A DNA stretch of 64,000 nt from Thermoanaerobaculia bacterium (GCA_963664405.1 OY761158.1:256001-320000), one strand, 5' to 3'; numbered from the stretch's first letter, positions 40,178-49,914 are shown. The notes: generated by a model from the sequence alone, not told the origin. Translations and numbers: made by a program.

Positions 40178-41449
40178 ATGGCCACCGCGATCTCGATGCC
40201 GAAGCTCGGCATGACCATGGAGGAGGGCACGGTCATCGAGTGGCCGCTGTCCATCGGCGAGCCGGTCGAGAAGGGCGAGATCGTCCTGATCATCGAGTCC
40301 GAGAAGGCCGAAGTCGAAATCGAGGCTGCGACCAGTGGCATCCTCCGGCACACCTACATCGAAACGGGGGACACAGTCCCCTGTGGAACCTTGCTTGGCG
40401 CCATCACCGACACGGTCGAAGAGGAGTTCGACGCCGAGTCGTTTCGAGCCACCGAGGATCGCCCAGAGCCCAAGAGCGCGTCGGGGCTCCAGGTGAAGAC
40501 CGCGCCAGCCTCCGTAGCCAGGTCGACCGCGGCGGCCAGCAAGCCGATCGTGCCCGCCGCGCGCGCCTTGGCCAAGAGACTCGGGATCGATCTTCAACGC
40601 GTTGCCGGAACAGGCCCGGGCGGGCGCGTCACGAAGCAGGACGTCGAAGCCCATGCGGCGGCACGCGAAGCGCTGGTCGAGGTGGCCAAGGGCGTGCGGC
40701 TGGAGGTGCTCGACGCCGGTAGCGGGGACGACGTCGTCCTCCTGCCCGGTCTCGGCACCGACGTTTCGGCCTTCGCGCGGCAGGCGCCTCTGTTGGCCGA
40801 GCGATTTCGGGTGCGCGGCGTCAACCCGCGCGGCGTGGGCCTCTCCGACGCGCCCGATTCAGAAACCTACAGCGTCGCCCAGATGGCGTCGGATGCCGCT
40901 GCCGTATACGAAGGGGCTGCGCATGTGATCGGTGCCAGCCTCGGTGCCGCTGTGGCACTGGAGCTCGCGCTGGACCAGCCCGATCGCGTGAAGTCCCTCA
41001 TCCTGATCACACCCTTCGTCGAGACCACGCCGCGCCTGCTGGCGGTGGCAGAGGGCTGGCGCCGCATGGCGGCCGAGACGACTCCCGAGACCTTGGCCGC
41101 GGCGCTGCTGCCCTGGTTCTTCTCATCGGGGCTCCTGGCTGACACCGCGGTGCGCAGTCGCATGTTGCGAGGCCTGTCCCAGACCGTGGCGCGAGTTCCC
41201 GCCGCCACACTCGACCGCATGATCGCCGGAATGGCGAGCTGGTCCGGTACCCGCGTCGACGACCTCGCCAAGCTATCGGTGCCGACGCTCGTCGTCGCCG
41301 CCGGCGAGGACCTGCTCACGCCCGGCTCGGACGCCATCGCCCGGGCCATCCCCGCAGCGCGGCTGCACGTCGAGCCGCGGGCGGGTCACGCGGTCGCACT
41401 GGAAGCTCCCGACGCGGTCAACCGGGCGATCGCGGACCACCTCGGGTGA
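40178..41449 (+). CDS. acoC: AcoC-type E2: lipoyl domain + E3-binding domain + alpha/beta hydrolase
   Basis: MPKLGMTMEEG..ESEKA lipoyl domain; GTGPGGRVTKQDV; GASLG nucleophile elbow and AGH His. Confidence 0.82.
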   Translation: MATAISMPKLGMTMEEGTVIEWPLSIGEPVEKGEIVLIIESEKAEVEIEAATSGILRHTYIETGDTVPCGTLLGAITDTVEEEFDAESFRATEDRPEPKSASGLQVKTAPASVARSTAAASKPIVPAARALAKRLGIDLQRVAGTGPGGRVTKQDVEAHAAAREALVEVAKGVRLEVLDAGSGDDVVLLPGLGTDVSAFARQAPLLAERFRVRGVNPRGVGLSDAPDSETYSVAQMASDAAAVYEGAAHVIGASLGAAVALELALDQPDRVKSLILITPFVETTPRLLAVAEGWRRMAAETTPETLAAALLPWFFSSGLLADTAVRSRMLRGLSQTVARVPAATLDRMIAGMASWSGTRVDDLAKLSVPTLVVAAGEDLLTPGSDAIARAIPAARLHVEPRAGHAVALEAPDAVNRAIADHLG

Positions 41450-41639
41450 ATCATCACGCCGGACTGGTGACTCGGTTGTAGAGGCCGGTGTTGAAATCCC
41501 TGATGAGATCGATTGCATCGTGTTGTGGCTCATCAAAGCGATCTCTCTCGGACATAGCGGTTCCCTCTACCCTGCAGGCTCGGCGTAGACGGCCGCGACC
41601 GAGTTCCGCGATGAGATGGGCGGGCGGGCTCCAGATTGC

Positions 41640-42413
41640 CTAGCCGAGCGGTCCTGCACTCAGCTCACCGCCGTCCAGAACGTAGGTGGTAGCGGTCGTG
41701 AACCTTCCTGCCTGAGTCGCCAGGGTCAACACCAGGGCCGCGATATCCTCCGGCTCCGCAATGCGGCCCATCGGGTTGATGGCGATGTTGTTTTTCTCCA
41801 CCCACTCGATCAGGCCCGCAGCCAGTTCAGTCCGGACCAGACCGGGAGCGATGGCAGCCGTGCGGATGCCGTCCTTCGCCCACTCCTTGCCGATCATCTG
41901 GCTGAAGTTGATCAACGCCGCCTTGGAGGGCGGGTAGATGCCCAGTCCTGGCGACGCCCGGACGCCCTCGTTCGACGCGATGTTGATGATCATGCCGCCG
42001 CCGCGCTCTTTCATCGTTGTCCGGCACAGCTGCGACAGTCGGATCGGTCCCCACACGTTGATGGCCATCACCCGCTGGAAGTCGTCCTCCTTCAGCTCGG
42101 CGATCGGGGTGCCGCCGCCGCCGGCGGCTGCGTTGTTGACCAGGATGTCAATGCCACCGAGCTCGGCGATCACCTGCTCGTAGAGGTCGTTGACGGCTTC
42201 GGTACTACCGACATCGGCCTGAATCGCTACTGCGCGGCGGCCAAGCTTGCGCAGCTCGCCACCGGTAGCCTCGAGTGCCTCGAGACCTCGAGCAGCGATC
42301 GCGACATCGGCTCCGTTCTCGGCAAACGCCAGGGCGATGGCACGACCGATGCCCTTGGAGCCACCGGTGACCAGCGCTACCTGGCCGTCCATGGAAAAAT
42401 CGACGATTGGCAT
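41640..42413 (-). CDS. Short-chain dehydrogenase/reductase
   Basis: TGGSKGIG, NNAA, YPPSK and DGG motifs; GGAGG RBS before ATG 42413. Confidence 0.9.
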   Translation of the reverse strand: MPIVDFSMDGQVALVTGGSKGIGRAIALAFAENGADVAIAARGLEALEATGGELRKLGRRAVAIQADVGSTEAVNDLYEQVIAELGGIDILVNNAAAGGGGTPIAELKEDDFQRVMAINVWGPIRLSQLCRTTMKERGGGMIINIASNEGVRASPGLGIYPPSKAALINFSQMIGKEWAKDGIRTAAIAPGLVRTELAAGLIEWVEKNNIAINPMGRIAEPEDIAALVLTLATQAGRFTTATTYVLDGGELSAGPLG

Positions 42414-42460
42414 GATGACCTCCGTTCCTGATTTGGTGGGTGGTTGAGCTGGGGCGACTG

Positions 42461-44170
42461 TCAGTTCGGGCCCGGGGTGCCCGCTTCGACCGGCTTGGCG
42501 TCGACGTACTCGAAGTAGGTCAGGCGCCACTCGCCGTCGCGCTCGTCGACCAGCAGGTCGAGTCCGAAATTCAGGGTGCCTCTGATCCATCGCACACCGG
42601 TGACGCTGGCGGTCGCACCCTGCCATTCGATCTTCATCGACTCGGTCTCGGCCGTGGTGCCGGCAGTGGGGCCGAGGTATTCGCGCCAGACCTCCCTCGA
42701 CGCGCCGGTGTCCGATCTGAAATCTTCGGCGACATAGGTCATCATGAGATCGAGATCCCCGGCCGTTATCGCCACCATCATCTGGCGGATCATGACAGCT
42801 ACCGCCTCGGTATCGTCCGAGCCGCGAGCCCTCCCCCCTCGCTGCGCCCCGTCGGCGGTGCGCGTGGCGGAGCTGTCGGTCGCTTTCGTGGACCGCACCG
42901 CGAGGTCGAAGCTTGCAAGATGCCCCTCGTCCTTCACGTATACCCGTGATCCGGAGAGTGCCACGTGGGCCCATGTGGCAGAGCTCGCCACCTCCCAAGA
43001 GGCCAGCTCCCGATAGCCCTCCGGGTCCGCCGCGATCACTTTGAGCTCGGCGGTGTCGGTCAGCGCGAGCAGGCGATCGCCGACGGCGATGACCGACGAG
43101 TACGCCGCCCACCGCCCCGGGCTCTGCCAGACAATCTTGCCGGTCATGGGATCGAGACAGACGAAGGTGCCGGCCCTCTTGTAGGAGCGGAAGTACAGAT
43201 AGTCGCCGACGCGCACCGGCGAATCCATGTAGAGCTCGACCTGCGTCGTCTTCCACACCTCGGTCACCTTCCAATCGCCGTCCCCTTTCGGGGGCTCGAC
43301 CTTGAGCGCCGCGGTCCCCCACTGGTAGCCCGAGAGGATGAACATGCCCTTGTAGAGGATGGTGGTGGGAGTGTTCTGGGAGAAGGCGGTTGCAATCTCC
43401 TTCGACCACAGCAGCTCACCGTCACTCGCCCGGACAGCGAAGAAGGCCACATTGCTCATCGTTACGATCTGGCGAACCCCTCCGTGAGTGAACGCCATCG
43501 GGGAGGCGTAAGCGGGCGGTCCGTCTGACCGCCAGACCTCCCTTCCGGTCGCCTTGTCGAAAGCAATCAGGGCTCCGTGATCGTCCTCATGCGCTGAGCC
43601 GGTGACGCCGACCGGGACGATGATCAGATTTCCCTCCACCAGAGGCGACGCCGCCGTTCCCCATATCGGGTAGGGCGGGTTGTAGACATCCTCGAAGGTC
43701 TTCTCCCAGCGCACCGCGCCGGACTTGGCATCCAAAGCCAGGAGGCGCTCGCGGATGCCGAAACTGTAAACCGAATCGCCTTCGGCCAGCATGGTCGACT
43801 TGGGGCCAGGGCCGTACTGGATGGCCGCGGTCGCCGGTACGTACGGAACCGTGTACGAATGCCGCCACAGCTCCTTGCCGGTGGACTTCGAAAGGGCGAG
43901 GACGACTTCTTCCTCACCCTGTCGCGCGTGGATGAAGACGCGGTCGCCGACGATGATCGGAGCGGACTGCCCAACGCCGACGTGCACCTTCCACAGACCG
44001 TGGAGGGCGGCGGGAAGCTCCGCCGGCAGCTCGCTTTCGGCAGCCACTCCGTCGCGCTGCGGCCCTCGCCACTGCGGCCAATCGGCTGCCCATGCAACCG
44101 GGCCCGAAGTGGTCAGGACGAGGGTCAGGAGCGTCAGCAGCAACACGAGGATCCATCGTCTGCCTTTCAC
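42461..44170 (-). CDS. PQQ-type beta-propeller-NTF2 fusion, copy 3
   Basis: Collinear paralog; GTG start overlaps the AraC stop. Confidence 0.88.
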   Translation of the reverse strand: MKGRRWILVLLLTLLTLVLTTSGPVAWAADWPQWRGPQRDGVAAESELPAELPAALHGLWKVHVGVGQSAPIIVGDRVFIHARQGEEEVVLALSKSTGKELWRHSYTVPYVPATAAIQYGPGPKSTMLAEGDSVYSFGIRERLLALDAKSGAVRWEKTFEDVYNPPYPIWGTAASPLVEGNLIIVPVGVTGSAHEDDHGALIAFDKATGREVWRSDGPPAYASPMAFTHGGVRQIVTMSNVAFFAVRASDGELLWSKEIATAFSQNTPTTILYKGMFILSGYQWGTAALKVEPPKGDGDWKVTEVWKTTQVELYMDSPVRVGDYLYFRSYKRAGTFVCLDPMTGKIVWQSPGRWAAYSSVIAVGDRLLALTDTAELKVIAADPEGYRELASWEVASSATWAHVALSGSRVYVKDEGHLASFDLAVRSTKATDSSATRTADGAQRGGRARGSDDTEAVAVMIRQMMVAITAGDLDLMMTYVAEDFRSDTGASREVWREYLGPTAGTTAETESMKIEWQGATASVTGVRWIRGTLNFGLDLLVDERDGEWRLTYFEYVDAKPVEAGTPGPN

Positions 44171-45249
44171 TGTCTAGCCTCCCTCGATTCTCGACCTGTT
44201 GAGGTCACGCTGTGCGCCGGAAACCACGTCACTTCGTTGCGAAACTTGCTCGGTGGCTGCCCGGTCCAACGCTTGAAGGCATGCCGGAAGTTGGCCGCGT
44301 CGCTGTAGCCTAGTCGTTCGGCGATCGCCTCTACGGTCAGCTCCGATTGCGACAAGTAGCGCAGGGCGAGATCCCGGCGTACCTCAGCCACGACCTCACG
44401 GTAGGACGTACCCGCCGCGGCGAGTCGCCGCCGCACCGAGCGTCGAGAAAGGTGGAGATGATGGGCGACGTCGCTCAGCGATGCGCTCGCATCGGCATGC
44501 TCGACGTAGCTTCGCACCCGAGCGATCGGATCGGATGAGGTACGAAGCTCTTCGATCGCCGCCGCACAGAGATCGAGGCAGTGGGAATGGGTGGCGGCGT
44601 CGCGCAGGGGCAGAGCCCTGTGAAAGAGGTCGGCGCTGACGAGCAACTGCGCAGTGCGACCCGAGGGGTCGAGGGCACGGATGAGGCCGGGCCTTTGCAA
44701 GCGTGAGGCCCTCTCCAGGCGTGAGGCTCTCTCGGAATCGCAATCGCGATCGAGGTCGCAACTCCGAGGGCTAGATCCGAGGAGATCGTGCAGGATGCGT
44801 GTCAGCTTCGCAAACTCCAGGGCGAGGAAGAAATCTCGATCGTCGGTGGCGAAGGCGAAGGTGTCCTCGAAAGAGACTGCCGTGCCCTGGCCGGTGGAGC
44901 GGAGGCGAATCGAGAACTTCAGGTTGAAGAGCGGCGCCAGGCTCCCGGCAAAGAGGTCGAGGGCGTCGCTAAGACGCTCGCAGGTGAGAAGCGCGTAGCC
45001 CGCCAGGCCGAACGAGGACAGGCGTAGCTGCGAGCCGGTGGTAACCGCCAGATCGTGTGCTGGAGCGATCTCGCTGGCAGCGCGCGCGATGGCGACCTGC
45101 TCGCGCATCGAGATCTTTCGATGTCGATCTCCCGGCTCGATCCCTCGCCCTCGCAGTAGACGCTCGACGACGGAGGAAGGCGCCCCTAGGCGCACCGCGG
45201 CCGCGGCGAGGATGCAAACCTCAGAGGTGGAGTAGACGGGCTCGTCCAT
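44167..45249 (-). CDS. AraC family regulator (OruR-like)
   Basis: FGLAGYALLT N-domain; C-terminal double HTH (IAERLGYSDAANFRHAFKRWTG); start moved to ATG 45249 because the upstream ORF part is MITE sequence. Confidence 0.85.
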   Translation of the reverse strand: MDEPVYSTSEVCILAAAAVRLGAPSSVVERLLRGRGIEPGDRHRKISMREQVAIARAASEIAPAHDLAVTTGSQLRLSSFGLAGYALLTCERLSDALDLFAGSLAPLFNLKFSIRLRSTGQGTAVSFEDTFAFATDDRDFFLALEFAKLTRILHDLLGSSPRSCDLDRDCDSERASRLERASRLQRPGLIRALDPSGRTAQLLVSADLFHRALPLRDAATHSHCLDLCAAAIEELRTSSDPIARVRSYVEHADASASLSDVAHHLHLSRRSVRRRLAAAGTSYREVVAEVRRDLALRYLSQSELTVEAIAERLGYSDAANFRHAFKRWTGQPPSKFRNEVTWFPAHSVTSTGRESREARQ

Positions 45250-45298
45250 GCTCGGCGGCAGCCAGGGCTCGTGGCGCGTGCCGCGGCCGGCAGTCACA

Positions 45299-45465
45299 CT
45301 AGTACATGCGGCCATAAGTACGGGTACGTTTCGAGGGACGATGCGCCTCGCCAGCAAGGCGCGTGACAGAGGCGTACCTGGCAGTACGCCGCAGGGAGCG
45401 CAACGCTGCTGGAGAGGATGCAGCGTCGCTCAAAACGTGTCCGTATTTGTGGCCGCGTGTACTAG
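45299..45465. mobile_element. CTAG-bounded MITE type C, copy 2
   Basis: Same length and termini as 8539-8705. Confidence 0.8.
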
Positions 45466-45558
45466 TCACCATGGACACACGAGTCGGCTCCCCACTTGCG
45501 AACACAGATGGCCGAGCGGATCCGGTCCCCGACGTCCGTTGGGGGACCGGCGGCACAG

Positions 45559-46077
45559 TCAGGCGGGCAGCTCCCCAACGAGCTCAAACCACACCTGGAC
45601 CTTGCCTTCGCTGACCAGGAACATCGCGCTGATGTTCCCTCCCGCAGGGCCTTGGGCGGTGGTGAAGGTCTCCTCACGATAGTGAAGGACCAAGTGGCCC
45701 AGCGCTTCTTCGCGCGTGATCTTGAATTCGGGATCTTTCAGGCCGGACATCACGTCCTTCATCCGGTCGACGATCGCCGCCCGGCCCTTTATCTCTGCCC
45801 GTGCCCAATCTCCGCTGGCAGAGTGGCTCATGAACCGGGCGTCCTCGGCGAGGAGGCTCGAGAAGCGATCCCAGTCACTGGCCTCCAGCGCCTTAGCGTA
45901 GTCGTGCGCGGTCTTGACATGCGCCTGCTCGTCGGCCGTTAATGCGGCGCCCGCCGAGCGCGGCAAGAAGGCCGCCGCAGCGAGTCCCATCGAGGTCGAT
46001 GCCAGTACAGTACGACGATCAACGCCGCGTCGCTTCTCGGGTATCGAAGTCATGCGCTTCCCTTTCTTCTCGGTCAT
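45559..46077 (-). CDS. Tat-exported NTF2-like protein, copy 4
   Basis: DRRTVL twin-arginine signal; paralog of copies 1-3. Confidence 0.8.
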   Translation of the reverse strand: MTEKKGKRMTSIPEKRRGVDRRTVLASTSMGLAAAAFLPRSAGAALTADEQAHVKTAHDYAKALEASDWDRFSSLLAEDARFMSHSASGDWARAEIKGRAAIVDRMKDVMSGLKDPEFKITREEALGHLVLHYREETFTTAQGPAGGNISAMFLVSEGKVQVWFELVGELPA

Positions 46078-46108
46078 ACGGTCCCCTTCTCGCTCATTTC
46101 AGGGATAT

Positions 46109-48925
46109 CTAGAGCCCCAAACTCAATCGCAGCCCCATCCGCCGTGGCAGGTAGTACAAGGAGGGTACGGGCTCCCTGGGGTAGCGCCCATAGCTTGCGT
46201 TCGCGAAGTAGTAATACCCCTCCTCGTTCAGGAGGTTCATAACCTGCAGGTCGACACCGAACCTGACGCGATCGCCGAGCTGGAACTGCCGCGACAGACC
46301 GAGGTCGATGAAGGTCTTGGACGGCATGCGGCGGTCGCCGGTGAACGGCTCGAGGGGCACTACCGTTACGCCCTGGTTCAGGCGTACGCGCGCCATCTGC
46401 CGCCACGGGCGGCCGTCCTCATAGTTGACAACGCCGACCCCCTGGATCTTCCAGGGCAGGTCGACCAATCCCTGAGCCCGAAACACCCACGGCCGGTCGC
46501 CCTGTAGGAAACCTCCCTGGTAGAGATGATGATTCGGATCGCGGCCCTCTGAGCCGGTGTAGAAGGCCTGGCCCTGGTTCTGGTTGAGCGGACGTTGGCT
46601 GACTCCCTTCGCCTCCGACCAGCCCAGCGACGCGTTGAGTGACCAGCGGCCGGTGTGGCGCTTGTTGAAGGTGAGAAAAACGCCCTTGTAGTCCTGCTCG
46701 AACTTCGCTAATGGAACGTTGGGGTCTGCGCTAGGGTCGTTGGCCTTGCGCAGGATGGGCTGGTCGATGATGTTCCTGAGCGTGATCGTCTCGCCCGTCA
46801 AGGGGTTGAGGTAAGGAACGTCCTCGAAGACGCCGCCGCCCTGTAGCTGCCAGCCGATGAGGTCGGTCGTTTCGGTGATGACGACCTGAGCGCCGACGGT
46901 GTAGTTCCCCAGCTGCTGCTCGTAGCCGACGGCGAACTCGTCGGTCTGCGGCCGCTCCATGCCCTCGACCGGTAGAGCGAAGTCCTCGTTGCCGACCGTG
47001 CGGAAGTAGGTGAAGGGGCCGTAGCGGTTGGGGCTGTAGCCGAAGTACGCAGACGGCCGGGTGGGGGCCGGCTGGTTCCACATCGAAACGACGTTCATCT
47101 CGTGGTATCGGCCGAGGGACGCCCGCAGCACGCCTTGCCGGCGGCCCTCGCCGACCTGGTATGCGATGCCGATACGCGGATCGACGCTGTCATAGTCGAT
47201 GACGTCGGGGACGCCGTCGCTGAACTCGCCGGTGGTCACGCCGCAGTTGAGCTGATCACAGAGGTAGGACTCGAGGATCGGTTGGGGGGGAAGCTCGCCC
47301 ACGTCGTTGTCGGCTCGCACGCCGATATTCAGCGTCAGCCTGTCGGTTATACGCCACGAATCGTCGACGTAGAGCCCGATAGCCTCTGAGTCGCCGCCGT
47401 AGTAGTGCGCGGCGCGGGAGTAGATGTAGTAGTTGGCTCCGAACTTGTAGTAGTACTTGCCGGTGAAACCGGGATAGACCGCTCCGGCCTGCTCGCCGGT
47501 CTTGCTGTACTGCACACCGAACTTGAACTCGTGGCTGCCGGCGAGGTCGTCGGCGAAGTGGGTCACCTTGGCGTGGCCGCGATTCCACCACACGGGGTAG
47601 AGGTAGGGATAGGTGGGGCCGCCGCTATGAGTCGGAATAGGCGTGTTGTAGTTGATGAGGGGCGGCTCCAAGCTGCCGGTCGCCGAGACGTTGCGGTCCT
47701 CGTTCTTAGTGTCGGAGTAGTAGGCCTCGATGATGGTGTTGGCGCCAAGCACCGACTGGTAGCCGAGACGCCAGTAGGGGACCTCCTCGTACTCGCGGCT
47801 GTAAGCACCCGGGTTGGTCTTGAAGGTTCCAGAGCCGCCGCTGGCGATCTCCAGGTCCTCGTGACGGCCGTGAGCCGTCAGCGTATTCGACGGATTGATC
47901 GACCAGTCGAGCTTGAGGCTGTAGTGCTGGGCTTCGTCGTTGCGGACGAATTCCGCGATCTCTCCCGGCTCGATCAGCAGGTCTTCCTTTTGCGTGAGCG
48001 AGGCGAAGAAGAACAGCTTGTCCTTCTGCAAAGGACCGCCCGCCCACAGGCTGTAGTTCTCGAAGGTGTCTCTCTGGAAGCCCTGCAGGTTTCCCCGGGC
48101 GTCCTCGACTGCGGTCCCCGTGGCGGTGGTGTCGTCGAACTCGCCGCTGTAGGAAAAGCGGCCGTGGAAGATGTTGGTTCCGGACTTGGTGACGACGTTG
48201 ACCGCGGCGCCGGTCATGTTGCCGTACTCCGCCGGGGCGCCGACGCCGAGCACCTGGACTTCGGCGATGGTGTCGGGGTCGGTCCAGCCACCGAAGATGT
48301 TGCCGTTGTCCGGGAAGCTGCCGTCGAGTCCATCGACGTTCCAGGCCACCGAGGCTTGATCACGACCGTAGGCCGAGGGGTGCCCCGCATAGGCTCCGAC
48401 ATTGCCGAGGCGACCGGTCATGTTCATGCCGGGCGCCATCAGGGCGAGCTCCTGGAAGTTCCCCGTGGTCGACGGCTTCGCATCGAGCAGCTCTTCTGCG
48501 AAGCTGACGCTGGCCGAAGAGCTAGTCACATCGAGGATCGCTGCCTCCGAGGTCACCGTGATCGCCTCTTCGACGGCTTCGGGACGCATCGTCAGGTTCA
48601 CGCTGGCCACACCGGAGATGGAGACGCGGACCCCTTCGACGGTCTCGGTCTCCAGCCCTTGGAGACTCGCGGTCACAGTCACCCGTCCCGGAGGGAGGCT
48701 GGGGATCAACCACTCGCCGGTGGCTCCGGTCGTCGAGATACGCTCACCGCGTACGACGTCGCCCGTTACCTGGACCCGCACGCCGGGGAGCGGCTCCCCA
48801 TCTGCCGAAGTGACGGTTCCACGCACAGTGCCGACGTTTTGGGCGTAGACGGCCGCAGCAGGTACCAGCGCAACTGCGAGAAGAACGAGAGGTACTGCCG
48901 GCGAGACAAAGGAACGTAGCCGCAT
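46109..48925 (-). CDS. Oar-type TonB-dependent receptor copy 3 (intact)
   Basis: GGAGG RBS, 938-aa uninterrupted frame, same motifs as copies 1 and 2. Confidence 0.9.
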   Translation of the reverse strand: MRLRSFVSPAVPLVLLAVALVPAAAVYAQNVGTVRGTVTSADGEPLPGVRVQVTGDVVRGERISTTGATGEWLIPSLPPGRVTVTASLQGLETETVEGVRVSISGVASVNLTMRPEAVEEAITVTSEAAILDVTSSSASVSFAEELLDAKPSTTGNFQELALMAPGMNMTGRLGNVGAYAGHPSAYGRDQASVAWNVDGLDGSFPDNGNIFGGWTDPDTIAEVQVLGVGAPAEYGNMTGAAVNVVTKSGTNIFHGRFSYSGEFDDTTATGTAVEDARGNLQGFQRDTFENYSLWAGGPLQKDKLFFFASLTQKEDLLIEPGEIAEFVRNDEAQHYSLKLDWSINPSNTLTAHGRHEDLEIASGGSGTFKTNPGAYSREYEEVPYWRLGYQSVLGANTIIEAYYSDTKNEDRNVSATGSLEPPLINYNTPIPTHSGGPTYPYLYPVWWNRGHAKVTHFADDLAGSHEFKFGVQYSKTGEQAGAVYPGFTGKYYYKFGANYYIYSRAAHYYGGDSEAIGLYVDDSWRITDRLTLNIGVRADNDVGELPPQPILESYLCDQLNCGVTTGEFSDGVPDVIDYDSVDPRIGIAYQVGEGRRQGVLRASLGRYHEMNVVSMWNQPAPTRPSAYFGYSPNRYGPFTYFRTVGNEDFALPVEGMERPQTDEFAVGYEQQLGNYTVGAQVVITETTDLIGWQLQGGGVFEDVPYLNPLTGETITLRNIIDQPILRKANDPSADPNVPLAKFEQDYKGVFLTFNKRHTGRWSLNASLGWSEAKGVSQRPLNQNQGQAFYTGSEGRDPNHHLYQGGFLQGDRPWVFRAQGLVDLPWKIQGVGVVNYEDGRPWRQMARVRLNQGVTVVPLEPFTGDRRMPSKTFIDLGLSRQFQLGDRVRFGVDLQVMNLLNEEGYYYFANASYGRYPREPVPSLYYLPRRMGLRLSLGL

Positions 48926-48963
48926 CAGCCAATCCTCCGGGAAAGCCCGCCATGTCATTTTTA

Positions 48964-49003
48964 GGTCGACGACCCATTGTTGCATAGTCGAGGACCATGT
49001 CAA
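48964..49003 (-). promoter_or_regulatory. Receptor promoter with putative TetR operator, copy 2
   Basis: TTGACA (49003-48998), AACAAT, then palindrome GGTCG-T-CGACC (48964-48974). Confidence 0.55.
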
Positions 49004-49130
49004 GCCCCAGAAATGCGACTTTGCTCCGCGACGCCACGAAGTGGCGCCATGAAGTGGGTCTACGTTGCCGAGCAGAGCATCGCAGTCTCTCTGTCGAGAC
49101 GCGACAGGCGTCACGCCGGATGCAACAGAC

Positions 49131-49814
49131 TCAGCGCTCTGCGATCCACAAGACGGAGGCTACGACTTCGTCCTCATAGGACGGGTGTCTCAGCCCGCGT
49201 ATGCTCTCGAGAGTCTCGGCTGGCATCATCGAAGTACCGTCGATCATCGCCGTGACGAGGACGGCCTTGAGCCGCAGTTGGCTCGCGGTCGCTCCCGGCT
49301 CGAGCTCTCTCAGAATCGGAGTCAACAGCTCGTAGTTGCGCTCCCAGAGCTCGTGCCGGAGAGCCCGGAACCGTGGACTCTGCTGCGCAGAGTCGGCGAG
49401 AGCCCTCCAGATTGGGACGTGGGTCGTCCCAGCGGGGCCATCCTCCCACCGTGCGATGAAGGCGCGGGTGATGGCAGCCAACCGGTCCCTGGGCTTCTCT
49501 TCGCGCGCGCAGAGCAAATCGATCAGCTCGCAGTCGGAATCGGACTCGGCACGAAACAGCGCCGCGAGCAGATCTTCTCGGGTCGGGAAGTAGTATTGGA
49601 GGTTCCCTAACGAGATCTCGAGGTCTTTGGCCACACTGCGCAAGAGACCGGAGCCGTTTTCGGAGTCGCCCAGTTGAGCGCGGGCCGCGTCGAGGATCTC
49701 CTCACGTCGACGAAGGCCCTTCGCCCCGTGGCGATTCCGTCCCTTCTGAGCTCCTGGACTCTGCTCTCCAGATCTCTTCTCGTCGACCTGTGAGCCTTCG
49801 TCAGAAGTTGGCAT
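49131..49814 (-). CDS. TetR/AcrR family regulator, copy 2
   Basis: 227 aa, nearly identical to 28892-29575, in inverted orientation. Confidence 0.9.
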   Translation of the reverse strand: MPTSDEGSQVDEKRSGEQSPGAQKGRNRHGAKGLRRREEILDAARAQLGDSENGSGLLRSVAKDLEISLGNLQYYFPTREDLLAALFRAESDSDCELIDLLCAREEKPRDRLAAITRAFIARWEDGPAGTTHVPIWRALADSAQQSPRFRALRHELWERNYELLTPILRELEPGATASQLRLKAVLVTAMIDGTSMMPAETLESIRGLRHPSYEDEVVASVLWIAER

Positions 49815-49914
49815 GAGCGGCCCGACCGTCGCACGCCGGGCCCTTGGCGCGCCGGGTCGACGGCAGACCAGCCTAACGAGAACTACTCGCCTGTCCGATT
49901 ACTCGGACACCCTC

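Noticed and set aside
41452-41556. 34-codon minus-strand ORF between acoC and the SDR
   Set aside because: Too short, with no recognisable motif or paralog
44167-45357. N-terminal extensions in the ORF track (AraC, also 20022, 29747, 49114, 43409, 62117)
   Set aside because: Extensions run through MITE, promoter or neighbouring-gene sequence; downstream starts with RBS or paralog support fit better
20181-49814. Diversity-generating retroelement or shufflon behind paralog variation
   Set aside because: No reverse transcriptase, site-specific recombinase or adenine-specific TR/VR pair seen
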